Made by a program: the position numbers and the translations under genes. Shown here piece by piece: positions 9,364-18,769 of a stretch of DNA of 64,000 bases (position 1 is the stretch's first letter; each line of letters starts with the position of its first letter). A model generated the notes under the pieces. It ran no database searches and was not told the origin of the DNA. It saw only the letters and a list, made by a program, of their open reading frames with translations. The DNA lies in NCBI GenBank assembly GCA_016200265.1, contig JACQFE010000049.1:22277-86276 (forward strand). Direction: 5' to 3'. This DNA comes from Planctomycetota bacterium. GTDB lineage: Bacteria > Planctomycetota > Phycisphaerae > UBA1845.

Positions 9364-10497
9364 TCATTCTTCCTTCCAGGTCTTCTTGAGGAATTGCTTC
9401 GCATCCTTGATGCCGATGACGACGATGCCCTTCTTGGCGTTGCGGTCCTTGTCGATCGTAATGTTTCCGGTGAGGGCGGGAAAATCCTTGGTGGCCGCCA
9501 ACGCGTCGCGAATCTTCGGACCCTCCGTGCCGCCCGCACGCTGAATCGCGTCAAAGAGCACGATCGCCGCGTCGTAACCAAGGACGGCCATCGCGTCGGG
9601 AACGGAGCCGTGCTTGCTTTGGTACTTAGTGATGAAGTTCTTGGCTCGCGGGTCCGGTGCGTCGGGGGAATAATGATTCGTGAAGTAGCAATCGTCGAGG
9701 GCCTTTCCGCCGATTTGATACAGGGCGTCCGCATCCCAGCCATCGCCGCCGACGCATGGACCTTTATATCCGGCGGCGCGAGCCGTCTGCACAATGTTGC
9801 CCACGTTGGTGTAATACCCGGTGAGGAAGAGAACATCGGGCTTGGCCTGGATCACTTGGTTCACCTGGGCCTTATAGTCGTTGTCGGTCTTCTTGTAGGT
9901 GACTTCCGCGACGACCTTGCCGCCGAGTTTTTCAAATTGTTCCTTGACGATTTTGGAAAGGCTGATGCTGTAGGCGCTGGCCTGATCGGTGATGATCGCG
10001 GCGTTCTTCGCGCTCAGATCCTTGTTGGCGAATTCGGCGATGACTTTGCCCTGAAAGTCATCGGTATAGCATACGCGGAAAACGTAATCGCCCTTCTTGG
10101 TCACTTCCGGGTTTGTCGCGCCGGGTGATACGAGCGGAATCTTGTTTCGTTGAGCGGCGGGAGCGGCGGCGATGGTGTTGCTGCTGGCGATCTCACCGAC
10201 GACGGCCACGACCTTGTCCTGCTGGATGAGCTTCATCATGCAGTTGTTGACTTCCTGATTTTTCGATTGGTCGTCCACGGAAACGATTTCGATCGGTCGG
10301 CCAAGAATACCTCCGGCGGCGTTTCGCTCTTCCATGGCCAGGCGGACGCCGTTGTCGGAGCTGGTGCCGAAGGCGGCCTCGGAGCCGGTGATGCTCGCGA
10401 GATGTCCGATCTTAATGGGGTCGGCCGCAAACGCGGGTGAAATTGCAAAGAAAGCTGCAAGCAGCCCAAGTCCGCGAGAAAATGATCGATGAATCAT
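9364..10497 (-). CDS. Leu/Ile/Val-type periplasmic substrate-binding protein (LivK/LivJ-like)
   Basis: ORF 9364..10539. The probable start MIHRSFSRGLGLLAAFFAISPAFA is a signal peptide. Type I periplasmic-binding-protein pattern (IKIGHLASITG..., VVAVVGEIASS, LFLTGYY). Confidence 0.85.
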   Translation of the reverse strand: MIHRSFSRGLGLLAAFFAISPAFAADPIKIGHLASITGSEAAFGTSSDNGVRLAMEERNAAGGILGRPIEIVSVDDQSKNQEVNNCMMKLIQQDKVVAVVGEIASSNTIAAAPAAQRNKIPLVSPGATNPEVTKKGDYVFRVCYTDDFQGKVIAEFANKDLSAKNAAIITDQASAYSISLSKIVKEQFEKLGGKVVAEVTYKKTDNDYKAQVNQVIQAKPDVLFLTGYYTNVGNIVQTARAAGYKGPCVGGDGWDADALYQIGGKALDDCYFTNHYSPDAPDPRAKNFITKYQSKHGSVPDAMAVLGYDAAIVLFDAIQRAGGTEGPKIRDALAATKDFPALTGNITIDKDRNAKKGIVVIGIKDAKQFLKKTWKEE

Positions 10498-10852
10498 TCC
10501 ATGCTCCTTTTCAATGTCGCCGCCCTGATGAAGCGGCATTCAACCTCTTTTTGCATTCGTACTGGCAGACCCGGGATTGAGTCGCACCTACCGGAAAGAC
10601 CCTTCGATGCGGGGTGGCTGGAGTCAACCCGGAACGCAAATTCGATGAGGGGTCATCGTATCGAGGATCGAATCCAACGCAAACGGCGAACGATGCAGGC
10701 ATGGATAAAGAACGCCGAGGCGATACAATGATCTCCATCGCGGCGGGCTTCGAAAAGGCTCCACCGAATTGGTCGATTTTGCGTTCTTTTTGGAGAATTC
10801 GCGGATGAGAAATTCAGCAGAAAAGAGAAATTTTGCCCTAACTGCGGTCGAC

Positions 10853-11638
10853 ATGGGCAGAACTGTGATTCGGAGCGTGTCGGTATTGGGCGTGATAGCG
10901 GCCTGCATGGGCTTGACGCAAATCGGGCCATGCATTGGTGTGACGCCTCCCTGCGCGACGAACGCGGAGTGTAATGATGACAACGGCTGCACGACGGATA
11001 CGTGCAACAACGGAAATTGCTCTCACGTTGCGGCATGCGAAAGTGACCATTGCCTGAACAACGCGTGCGTCGCGTGCTTAGCGGATTCTGAATGCGACGA
11101 CAGCGACGGCTGCACGACGGACGCCTGCGGTGAGGATCATTCCTGCACGAACGTGGCCGCGTGTGATCAGGCGCATTGCGTGAGCGTCGAAGGCGTGAGT
11201 GTCTGCATCAGTTGCCTCAACGATGCGGAATGCGATGATAACCTTCAATGCACGACGGATGCATGTGGCGCCATTGGCGCTTGCACTCACACGCCGGTCA
11301 CGGGCTGCACGGAGCGCTCACTGGCCACATTCACCGATCCCACTTCCGGTTTCTCAACGACCGATGTGCGCGATGTGAACGATGAGATCGTCAATTTTGA
11401 CTCGGATGACGACTCGATCATCTACAAGGCGACCGGTGAGGACTACCAAAAGGGTCAGTGGGTGGTGAACGGCAACTTCCTTGACGCCGGGCAGGCATTC
11501 GAAGTTCGTTTCGGCACCGTCGGCGGCGAGCATCGGGCCTACTTCACCGAGACCGGCTCGACCTATATTTGCGATTTTGCCGTTACACCAACCAACTTCG
11601 GCATTAACCCGACGACAACTTCAGTTCCGGAAAATTGA
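10853..11638 (+). CDS. secreted Cys-rich repeat protein (Myxococcus-type CxxDxxCTTDxC repeats) with a C-terminal non-repeat domain
   Basis: ORF 10769..11638; the start is uncertain (ATG at 10805 or 10853). Signal-like MGRTVIRSVSVLGVIAACMG. Three modules of the type ECxDDxGCTTDxCxxxxCxxVAAC. A Cys-free ~110-aa tail follows. Confidence 0.6.
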   Translation: MGRTVIRSVSVLGVIAACMGLTQIGPCIGVTPPCATNAECNDDNGCTTDTCNNGNCSHVAACESDHCLNNACVACLADSECDDSDGCTTDACGEDHSCTNVAACDQAHCVSVEGVSVCISCLNDAECDDNLQCTTDACGAIGACTHTPVTGCTERSLATFTDPTSGFSTTDVRDVNDEIVNFDSDDDSIIYKATGEDYQKGQWVVNGNFLDAGQAFEVRFGTVGGEHRAYFTETGSTYICDFAVTPTNFGINPTTTSVPEN

Positions 11639-11697
11639 CGCCCAGGGTCCTTTCATGCTCCGGCGTTGAATTCTGACATCGCGGAACAAGCCCGGAC

Positions 11698-11736
11698 GGC
11701 GAGCGAGGTCTGAATCCCCCCGCTCGCCTTTTTTTG
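11698..11736 (+). terminator. Rho-independent terminator candidate after the Cys-rich protein gene
   Basis: ggcgagcg (11698-11705) pairs with cgctcgcc (11721-11728). The stem is followed directly by ttttttt. Confidence 0.6.
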
Positions 11737-11848
11737 TCTGGAAGATAGATTCATAGGGGCACGTTCTCACATGTTTCTGACATCCAATCTCGTGGAAATA
11801 TCGCGTGATTCGACGACTTCACGCTTGGAAAGCTAGAATCCAAAGGAA

Positions 11849-13036
11849 ATGATTCGCGATCCGGAAAATGGTCCTCAGGCGTCGCATATCACGCAACTTC
11901 CGCGCGATGCTGAATCATCATTTGCTGATTCGGACTCGCCGACGGTCGCGCTATCAACGGGGGCTGGGTTCTTTGATCACACACCCCAATCATTGCGCGA
12001 GCTGCTGGCGTCATGGAAAGAACCCCGCTTTCGGGTCGATCAGATTTTCACCTGGGTTTACCGCGACGGCGCCGTCGAATATGGGGCCATGTCCAATCTG
12101 CCCGCGAAATTGCGTGAGCGACTTGCCGGTGAGCTTCCACTCTTCCGTTCCGAAGTCATCCAAAAACAGCGATCCAATGACGGCACGTTCAAGTTACTCC
12201 TCTGTTGGCCCGATGCGGCAACTTCCGAGTGCGTGTTGATTCCCGATGGGGAACGTCGGACTGCCTGCATTTCCACGCAAGTCGGCTGCCCGGTGGGTTG
12301 CGTGTTTTGTGCCAGCGGACTGGGCGGTCTTCAACGACAACTTTCACCCGGCGAAATCATCGAGCAGGCCGTGCGCGTCCGACAATTGTGCGGCTCGAAT
12401 GCCCGGCTCTCGAACATCGTGTTTATGGGATTGGGCGAGCCGCTGGCGAATTATCGCGCGACGTTGCACGCAATTCGTACGATCAACGCCGATTGGGGAT
12501 TGGGGATAGGCGCTCGCAAGATCACCGTAAGCACGGTCGGTTTGCCGTTGCAAATTCGCCGCCTCGCGGATGAAAAACTCCAAATCACGTTGGCGCTTTC
12601 ATTGCACGCGCCCACGGACGAACTTCGACGCAAGCTGATCCCCTGGGCCGAGCGCGTTACGATCGAAGAATTAATAGAGGCCTGTCGCTATTATTTCGAG
12701 CAGACCGGTCGCGAGGTCACGTTGGAATACATCCTGCTCGGCGGCGAAAACGACCAGACCGGTCACGCCGACGCGCTGGCCGACATTGTTCACAACATGC
12801 GCGGCAACGTGAATTTGATTCCCTACAACCCAGTCGAGGGACTCCCCTACCTCCGACCTACCGACGAAGCTGTAAATCGATTTCTCAGTACGCTCAAGGG
12901 ACGCAGCGTGAATGCCCACGTTCGCAACAGCCGGGGCTTGGACATTGACTCGGCCTGTGGACAGCTTCGACGTCGCGAATCTTCAAAACCAGTGACGCTT
13001 GGCATTTCTTCATTGGCGAATGGCCCTACGAAATAA
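11849..13036 (+). CDS. rlmN: 23S rRNA/tRNA adenine-C2 methyltransferase RlmN (radical SAM)
   Basis: Has FRVDQIFTWVY, the radical SAM triad CISTQVGCPVGCVFCASG, and the C-terminal DSACGQL motif. Confidence 0.9.
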   Translation: MIRDPENGPQASHITQLPRDAESSFADSDSPTVALSTGAGFFDHTPQSLRELLASWKEPRFRVDQIFTWVYRDGAVEYGAMSNLPAKLRERLAGELPLFRSEVIQKQRSNDGTFKLLLCWPDAATSECVLIPDGERRTACISTQVGCPVGCVFCASGLGGLQRQLSPGEIIEQAVRVRQLCGSNARLSNIVFMGLGEPLANYRATLHAIRTINADWGLGIGARKITVSTVGLPLQIRRLADEKLQITLALSLHAPTDELRRKLIPWAERVTIEELIEACRYYFEQTGREVTLEYILLGGENDQTGHADALADIVHNMRGNVNLIPYNPVEGLPYLRPTDEAVNRFLSTLKGRSVNAHVRNSRGLDIDSACGQLRRRESSKPVTLGISSLANGPTK

Positions 13037-13095
13037 ACGTGATCGGACTGCCGTTGTATTGACATCTGGATTGGGCAGGATTACACAACCAATCG

Positions 13096-13542
13096 ATGGA
13101 TCGCAAATTCTATCGAATGTCACACTCTTTTTTGCTCATTTCCCTTGCGGGCTGCGCGAGTTGGCACGCTCACAATGTCCAATCCGGCTTGCAGGGCGAT
13201 CGGCTGACGCTTGGGGCCGTTCAGCGCGACATTCATAAGGGCATGACCAACGCGGACGTGGTCGAATCGCTCGGCTCGCCCAACATCATCACCACGGACG
13301 AGAGCGGCAATGAAAACTGGGTCTACGACAAATTCGCCACCGACGTGGTCCATTCGTCCAGCGGTTGGTCGATCTTCGGCATCGGCGCGGGTGTCACCGG
13401 CGGCACGGCCATCGGCGCGGGCGGCACTGGAACAGGCAGCGCCGGTGCGGCCTCGACCAGTCAGCGAACTCTGACCGTCATCGTGAAATTTGACGAAAAT
13501 CATCGCGTCCGCGACTTCGCCTACCGCACGTCGCGGTTTTGA
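13096..13542 (+). CDS. lipoprotein, BamE/SmpA-OmlA-like, with Gly-zipper-like insert
   Basis: Lipobox LISLAGC. Has LTLGAVQRDIHKGMTNADVVESLGSPNIITTDESGNENWVYDKF, the BamE-type pattern. A Gly-rich segment follows (IFGIGAGVTGGTAIGAGGTGTGSAGAAS). Confidence 0.6.
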   Translation: MDRKFYRMSHSFLLISLAGCASWHAHNVQSGLQGDRLTLGAVQRDIHKGMTNADVVESLGSPNIITTDESGNENWVYDKFATDVVHSSSGWSIFGIGAGVTGGTAIGAGGTGTGSAGAASTSQRTLTVIVKFDENHRVRDFAYRTSRF

Positions 13543-13547
13543 GACGA

Positions 13548-14183
13548 ATGATGCATGCGAAGTTACGATCCGCGAATGCATTGAGTTTCTTACCCTTAAC
13601 GATCCATTGCCGAGACATACCCCCCTTTGTCCCCCCTTGTAAAGGGGGGAGGCCCTGTGACATCCGTATAGCATACGCGATAGCCGGATTGATCCTGTTT
13701 TCATTGTCAGGCTGCCACGCCTCCACCGCGAAAGAGGCCTTGACTCTTCGTCCTCGATCCCTCGAATGGCGCGAGCGGACCACGCGGCGTTACGCGACAA
13801 GAGATGAGGGCAAGATTCTCGCGGGGGTGGCCGACGTGCTGCAGGACCTTGGGTTCACGCTCGAAAACACCGAAAGTGATCTGGGGCTGGTCGTGGCGTC
13901 GGAGGATCGATCGGCCGTCTGCGGCAGCCAGGTGGCCGAGAAAGTGTTTGTATATCTCTTGTTTCGGCATCGCATCGCCATCGATAAAAATCAGCATGTG
14001 CGGGCGTCGATCGTCACGCGTCCGGTTCGCGGCGAGATTGCCGTGCGGGCTACGTTTCAGCGCATCGTGTATGACGATCACGGCAAGATCACTTGCCTGG
14101 AGGCCGTCGAAGATCCGCGAATTTATCAGCAATTCTTCGACCACCTCGCTCAGGCGGTTTTTCTCGGGATACGGAGATTTTGA
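13548..14183 (+). CDS. lipoprotein, paralog A of an uncharacterised family
   Basis: ORF 13539..14183; the first ATG is at 13548. Lipobox LFSLSGC. Shares ...LQDLGF(T/V)...EDP.(I/P)YQQFF..L..A(V/I)FL with the next gene. Its long pre-lipobox N-region contains a 19-nt palindrome. Confidence 0.55.
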   Translation: MMHAKLRSANALSFLPLTIHCRDIPPFVPPCKGGRPCDIRIAYAIAGLILFSLSGCHASTAKEALTLRPRSLEWRERTTRRYATRDEGKILAGVADVLQDLGFTLENTESDLGLVVASEDRSAVCGSQVAEKVFVYLLFRHRIAIDKNQHVRASIVTRPVRGEIAVRATFQRIVYDDHGKITCLEAVEDPRIYQQFFDHLAQAVFLGIRRF

Positions 14184-14185
14184 AG

Positions 14186-14749
14186 ATGCGGGTAGGAAAC
14201 GTGCAGGTCCGAGCCGCTGCGTTCACGCGGCGGGTTGCCCGTAAGATGAATGCCGCGATGTTCGCCGTTCGAGCCGTCCCGTTTATGGGGCGGGTTGGCA
14301 GTGTATTGAATGACACGGCTCGGAAGTTTCGCAAGATCGATTGTGTCGGTTTGGCCATATTCCTACTCGCGTTCGCGGCGGGCTGCCAATCCTCGCGGAG
14401 CCAGATTTTCCGCACTGACGCGAGCGCGGTCCAGCTTCGCAGCTTCCAGACGCGCACGTTTGATACCAGCGACAAAATCACCACGCTTCGCACGGTGATG
14501 GCCACCTTGCAGGACCTCGGCTTTGTCATTGACGCCGCCGACGACGTGATCGGCTCAGTAAGCGCCACGAAGCTGGAGAAATATCGGCTTCGCATGACCG
14601 TGACCGTCCGGCCGCACGGCACGAATCAAATGCTCGTACGAGCAAATGCCCAGTTCAATTTGAAGGCAGTCGAAGACCCCGGCCCGTATCAGCAATTCTT
14701 CGAGGCCCTGGGCAAGGCGATATTTCTGGCAATGCATCAGGTGGATTGA
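14186..14749 (+). CDS. lipoprotein, paralog B of the same family
   Basis: ORF 14093..14749. I prefer the ATG at 14186, which lies 3 nt after the upstream stop and is preceded by ggag. Lipobox LLAFAAGC. Has TLRTVMATLQDLGFVIDAADDVIGSVSATK...VEDPGPYQQFFEALGKAIFL. Confidence 0.6.
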   Translation: MRVGNVQVRAAAFTRRVARKMNAAMFAVRAVPFMGRVGSVLNDTARKFRKIDCVGLAIFLLAFAAGCQSSRSQIFRTDASAVQLRSFQTRTFDTSDKITTLRTVMATLQDLGFVIDAADDVIGSVSATKLEKYRLRMTVTVRPHGTNQMLVRANAQFNLKAVEDPGPYQQFFEALGKAIFLAMHQVD

Positions 14750-14834
14750 AGAATGAAGCGGATAGTGCAACTGTTGCGGCACGAGTCTTTAATTCGCGTG
14801 TTTCCACCTGTTAATAAGCGGTTCTCCACATTGA

Positions 14835-15155
14835 TTATTTCTTCAATGTGAATCGTTCTCGCCATTCGTGTTCATATGCCTCAGAGAAAAGCATCTGAAT
14901 CCGCTCGGCGCGATTCGCATTGCCATCGGCCAGAATTTCGGCGGCCTGTTGAAGTTTTTGCATGCGGTGATCGGCATGGATGGAGTCCTGTGAGGTGGCC
15001 CGGTCGAGGCGATCAAGACCCGCGGCAAGTTCGAGCAGGTCGCGGCGCATTTCGAGATAGAATCGATCGAGTGTTTGTTTCGCGTCCATAGGCGCATTCC
15101 CTTCATCAATGAGCCAATGCAATTCCTTTAGATTACCGAAAACTGGTATCATCAC
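14835..15155 (-). CDS. hypothetical helical protein
   Basis: 106-aa ORF with no recognisable motif. An alternative start is MDAKQ at 15089. It is divergent from xseA. Confidence 0.35.
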   Translation of the reverse strand: MMIPVFGNLKELHWLIDEGNAPMDAKQTLDRFYLEMRRDLLELAAGLDRLDRATSQDSIHADHRMQKLQQAAEILADGNANRAERIQMLFSEAYEHEWRERFTLKK

Positions 15156-15160
15156 CAGTC

Positions 15161-16753
15161 ATGGCTGAACTCCCCTTTGAACCACCTCCCGAGCCGCAGC
15201 GGTTCGATCCCTCGCGTGTGGCTGGACCGACGCCGGCATCGCGATCGCGCGAAACCGGCCCAATGACGGTGAGTCAGCTTACGGGACTCATCAAGCGGGC
15301 GATTGAAAGCGGCGTCCCGTCAACAGTGAACGTGATCGGCGAGGTCAGCAACGTCAAGCGTCACGGCAGCGGACATCTGTATCTGACGCTCAAGGATCGA
15401 TTCAGCGAATTAAGCTGCGTGATGTGGCGAAGCGACGCGCAGCGGCTGAAGTTTGTGTTGAACGATGGGATGGAAGTAATCGCCACCGGCGGCGTGGAAG
15501 TTTTTGAGAAAACTGGTCGGTATCAGCTTTACATCCGCAAGATCGAGCCGCGAGGCGTTGGAGCGTTGGAGCTGGCGTTTCGGCAGTTGCGTGAACGGCT
15601 CGCGGCCGAAGGATTGTTTGACCTGGAACGCAAAAAACCGGTGCCTCGGTTTCCACGCAGAATTGTGCTTATCACAAGTCCGACCGGAGCGGCCATTTCA
15701 GACATGATCCGCACCCTCACGCGCCGATTTCCATGTCTGCACATTCTTCTTTTTCCTGTGAGCGTTCAAGGACCGGCGGCGTCGGGTGAAATCGCACGAG
15801 CGATCCGACGGGTCAACACCGAGCACGAGCGATTCGGCGGCGTGGACTTGATCATTGTGGGTCGCGGCGGCGGCTCGCTCGAAGATCTTTGGGCGTTCAA
15901 CGAAGAAGTCGTGGCAAGGGCGATTTGCGAGAGCAGCATCCCCATTATCAGCGGAGTCGGCCACGAAACGGACGTGACTATCGCCGATCTCGTCGCGGAC
16001 GCGAGAGCGGCCACTCCGACCGCGGCGGCTGAGCTTGCGGTTCCAGTCAGGGATGAATTGCTCGCGACCATAAACACGCATGGCAGGAGATTCGCTCGGA
16101 TGGCTCAGCGGCTGCGGGAAATTAGCCGTGACGGCCTAAATAGCGTGCTTCGTTTAGCGACCCAGCGCGACCCATTCTTGTTGATTCGGCGACGCGAGCA
16201 GGTTTTGGACGAGTTCGCAAGCCGACTCGAACGCGCGCTCTTGAATCGTCTCCAGTTCAATCGTCGACGGCTTGCGGCGTTGGACGCGATCGTCCAGCGA
16301 ATCGCGCCTCATCGCTTTGTGTTTCGAACCGGGCGAGCATTGGAGCGAGTCGAACACCGCCTGCGGCTCGCGATTCACCTCTCAGCGAATCGTTGCGGGA
16401 TGCGCTTGTTGGAGACAAACTCCCGGCTCGATCGTCTTTCGCCTGTAGTGCGCTCGATTGAAAGCACGCGAAGACTCGATCGTGCCGAGGACGCAGTGCT
16501 CGCCGGCATCCGTGACCGTCTGGAATCATTGAACCAGGTGCTTAGCGTGACGGAAAGGCTTCTCAACGCCGTCAGTTATAAAAGCGTCATGGCGCGGGGT
16601 TATTCCATCACGCGGTTGCGTCGAGGAAGCATACTCCTTCGCTCGATCAATGAAGTGCGAAAGGGTGAGCATATCGCCACGCAACTCATCGATGGTAAGA
16701 TTGAGTCCCAGATTGTGAGCGGGTCCGAGCCGACGCTGTTTGAGGGACCATGA
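15161..16753 (+). CDS. xseA: exodeoxyribonuclease VII large subunit
   Basis: OB-fold N-terminus (VSQLTGLIKRAIESGVPSTVNVIGEVSNVKRHGSGHLYLTLKD), a catalytic core (IVGRGGGSLEDLWAFNEE...ISGVGHETD) and a long coiled-coil tail. It overlaps xseB by 4 nt. Confidence 0.9.
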   Translation: MAELPFEPPPEPQRFDPSRVAGPTPASRSRETGPMTVSQLTGLIKRAIESGVPSTVNVIGEVSNVKRHGSGHLYLTLKDRFSELSCVMWRSDAQRLKFVLNDGMEVIATGGVEVFEKTGRYQLYIRKIEPRGVGALELAFRQLRERLAAEGLFDLERKKPVPRFPRRIVLITSPTGAAISDMIRTLTRRFPCLHILLFPVSVQGPAASGEIARAIRRVNTEHERFGGVDLIIVGRGGGSLEDLWAFNEEVVARAICESSIPIISGVGHETDVTIADLVADARAATPTAAAELAVPVRDELLATINTHGRRFARMAQRLREISRDGLNSVLRLATQRDPFLLIRRREQVLDEFASRLERALLNRLQFNRRRLAALDAIVQRIAPHRFVFRTGRALERVEHRLRLAIHLSANRCGMRLLETNSRLDRLSPVVRSIESTRRLDRAEDAVLAGIRDRLESLNQVLSVTERLLNAVSYKSVMARGYSITRLRRGSILLRSINEVRKGEHIATQLIDGKIESQIVSGSEPTLFEGP

Positions 16754-17007
16754 GCAAGAAAAAACTATCATTTGAGGATGCACTCAAGCAACTGGAGACG
16801 ATCGCCGAGCAGATCGAGCTTGGGCAGATCGGCCTCGAAGAGTCCATTGAGAAATACGAATTAGGCATGGCCCTGGTGAAGCAGTGTCGCGATATCCTTT
16901 CTCGCGCCGAACTTCGCATCGAGCAGTTGCAGGAAGGGGAGAGCGGAAAACTCGTGGTCAAGCCCCTGGATCTCTCCAACAATAAAGCGAGTGAAGAACT
17001 GGAATAA
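16750..17007 (+). CDS. xseB: exodeoxyribonuclease VII small subunit
   Basis: 85 aa. Has LSFEDALKQLETIAEQIELGQIGLEESIEKYELGMALVKQCRDILSRAELRIEQL. Confidence 0.9.
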   Translation: MSKKKLSFEDALKQLETIAEQIELGQIGLEESIEKYELGMALVKQCRDILSRAELRIEQLQEGESGKLVVKPLDLSNNKASEELE

Positions 17008-17233
17008 TCTCTGTTATCTGACGACCTTTCCATTGATTGGAAAGGGAATCGCATTCTCAATGCCATCGGCAAGGCCTTTATGGGAACCAAACATCCGGGG
17101 CCTGTCCTTTTCCGGTGATTCAGAATCGTTCCCCCCACGCCGATAAACCGCTAGCCGCGTCCGGCGTTGCTCGCCACTAGCGGCGGCTTGGTCAACATGC
17201 GCACGAAAGAGCATCTTCGCAGATTCGGACAAC

Positions 17234-18613
17234 ATGGCCGATAATGCGTCAATTTCCAGCTTTCCGACTCCACGTAGCGGCATTCTTGCGCGCTTCGTTA
17301 ATTCCATTCTTTCATTGCAGTTCAAGGCCACCGTTCTGCTGCTGATGCTGACGCTTGGCGCCACGAGCAGCGTGGCCGCCTACCTGCTGCACTCCAGCGG
17401 AGAACTGGCCAATCAACAGGGGTACTCGCAAATTGTCCAATCAGCGTCGCTCCTCGCGAAAGCGGCGGCGCCAATGATGCAACGATATGATTGCGAGGCG
17501 TTGGCAGCATTGGCCGGTGAATCAGCAAATGCCGCACCACTGTTGTACGTTATCTTTCGTGACACGGAAGGTCGTCAACTCGCGGCCGCGGAGCATCGCA
17601 ACGCCAGAGTTTTGCAGCGCCTCCAGCGCGATGCCACCGAGAGCGTACCCGTTCCAGGAGCGTCTGTGCTCCAGACGCCCGGCAATCAGGAGGTCGTATT
17701 CTTTGACGTCACATACCCCGTCAGTCTTCGCAGCGGAGACGACGATCAGAGTCGTAGCGTGACGTTGTTGGGTTACGTTCGAACGGGGATGATCGCCAAT
17801 TCGTGGCAACAGACGATGGCCCGCAAGCTCGATATGATCATCGGCGTCGGCCTGTTGGCGACGGTCGCGGCTCTGCCTCTGACGTTGTTGCTGGTGCGGC
17901 GCATCGCTCGTCCGCTCGATAGTCTTGCCGACGTGATGTTGAAATTCTCCACAGGGCGGCTCGATACGCGGAGCGCCGTTCGGCGACGTGACGAAATCGG
18001 ACGACTCGCTTCGGCGTTCAATCAGATGGCCGATCAGCATCAACTGACTCATGAACGCATTATCCGTCTGAATGGTGAGTTGGAGGAGCGCGTGGCCCAG
18101 CGCACGCAGCAATTGCGTGAACTCGCCTCGCGCGAACCGCTGACCGCGCTGTTCAATCGCCGCTACCTGAATGAAACCCTGCAACGACGATATTCCGAGG
18201 CGGTTCGATACGAGAGCGATCTTGCCTGCATCATGATTGACTTGGATGACTTCAAGAAGGCCAATGATCGATTCGGGCATCAGGTGGGCGATGAAATTCT
18301 CGTGTTGGCCGCGCGCACGCTGATGGCTCAGCTTCGCACGTCAGACGTTGCAGCCCGGTATGGCGGCGATGAATTCGTCGTCATTCTGCCGCAGACGGAT
18401 CTGGATCGGGCGAAGGTGTTGGCGGAGCGCATTGTGGAACGGTTTACAACCGACGTATCGAACCGATTCCCTGATGCCGGCGTTCGCATGAGCGTCGGCG
18501 TCGCCAGCCTTCGATCTCCGGGTGTCAATGACGCCGATTCACTGATTCGCGCCGCGGACCACGGTCTCTATGAGGCCAAAGCCAAAGGCAAAGACACCAT
18601 CGTCGTCGCATAA
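17234..18613 (+). CDS. membrane sensor diguanylate cyclase (periplasmic sensor, HAMP, GGDEF)
   Basis: Two TM segments flank a ~170-aa loop. HAMP (RIARPLDSLADVMLKFSTGRLD...EIGRLASAFNQMADQ). GGDEF domain with an RYGGDEFVVILP active site. Confidence 0.85.
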   Translation: MADNASISSFPTPRSGILARFVNSILSLQFKATVLLLMLTLGATSSVAAYLLHSSGELANQQGYSQIVQSASLLAKAAAPMMQRYDCEALAALAGESANAAPLLYVIFRDTEGRQLAAAEHRNARVLQRLQRDATESVPVPGASVLQTPGNQEVVFFDVTYPVSLRSGDDDQSRSVTLLGYVRTGMIANSWQQTMARKLDMIIGVGLLATVAALPLTLLLVRRIARPLDSLADVMLKFSTGRLDTRSAVRRRDEIGRLASAFNQMADQHQLTHERIIRLNGELEERVAQRTQQLRELASREPLTALFNRRYLNETLQRRYSEAVRYESDLACIMIDLDDFKKANDRFGHQVGDEILVLAARTLMAQLRTSDVAARYGGDEFVVILPQTDLDRAKVLAERIVERFTTDVSNRFPDAGVRMSVGVASLRSPGVNDADSLIRAADHGLYEAKAKGKDTIVVA

Positions 18614-18769
18614 AGCCCAGTCCTTTCCAGCGGCACATCGCGCTAGGGGTTCGTTCCAATTGAGTCTTCGGGTTGCATGGCCAAGCGGAGCGTCGCGATG
18701 CATGTCGGCGCCAGGCTGCACCCGACTTGGACACGGCACCCAACCTGAAAAGTCGGAAGGACGATCTTC

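Noticed and set aside
9334-10128. Long ORFs antisense to confidently called genes. Examples: 9334..10128, 17522..18280, 18785..19651, 25895..26743, 30044..30898, 36297..37145, 46332..47024, 51552..52415, 52458..53258, 60472..61284, 31626..32528 and 32239..33036.
   Set aside because: Their composition is Arg/Gly/Ala/Asp-rich and low in complexity, and they have no recognisable motifs. Each lies fully inside a gene with strong family signatures on the other strand, which is the usual artefact of high GC content.
13539-13650. The possibility that the long N-terminal extension of lipoprotein paralog A is spurious and that the gene starts closer to the lipobox.
   Set aside because: No in-frame ATG, GTG or TTG lies between 13551 and the signal-peptide hydrophobic core, apart from a TTG inside the core itself. 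The upstream start was therefore kept, with reduced confidence.
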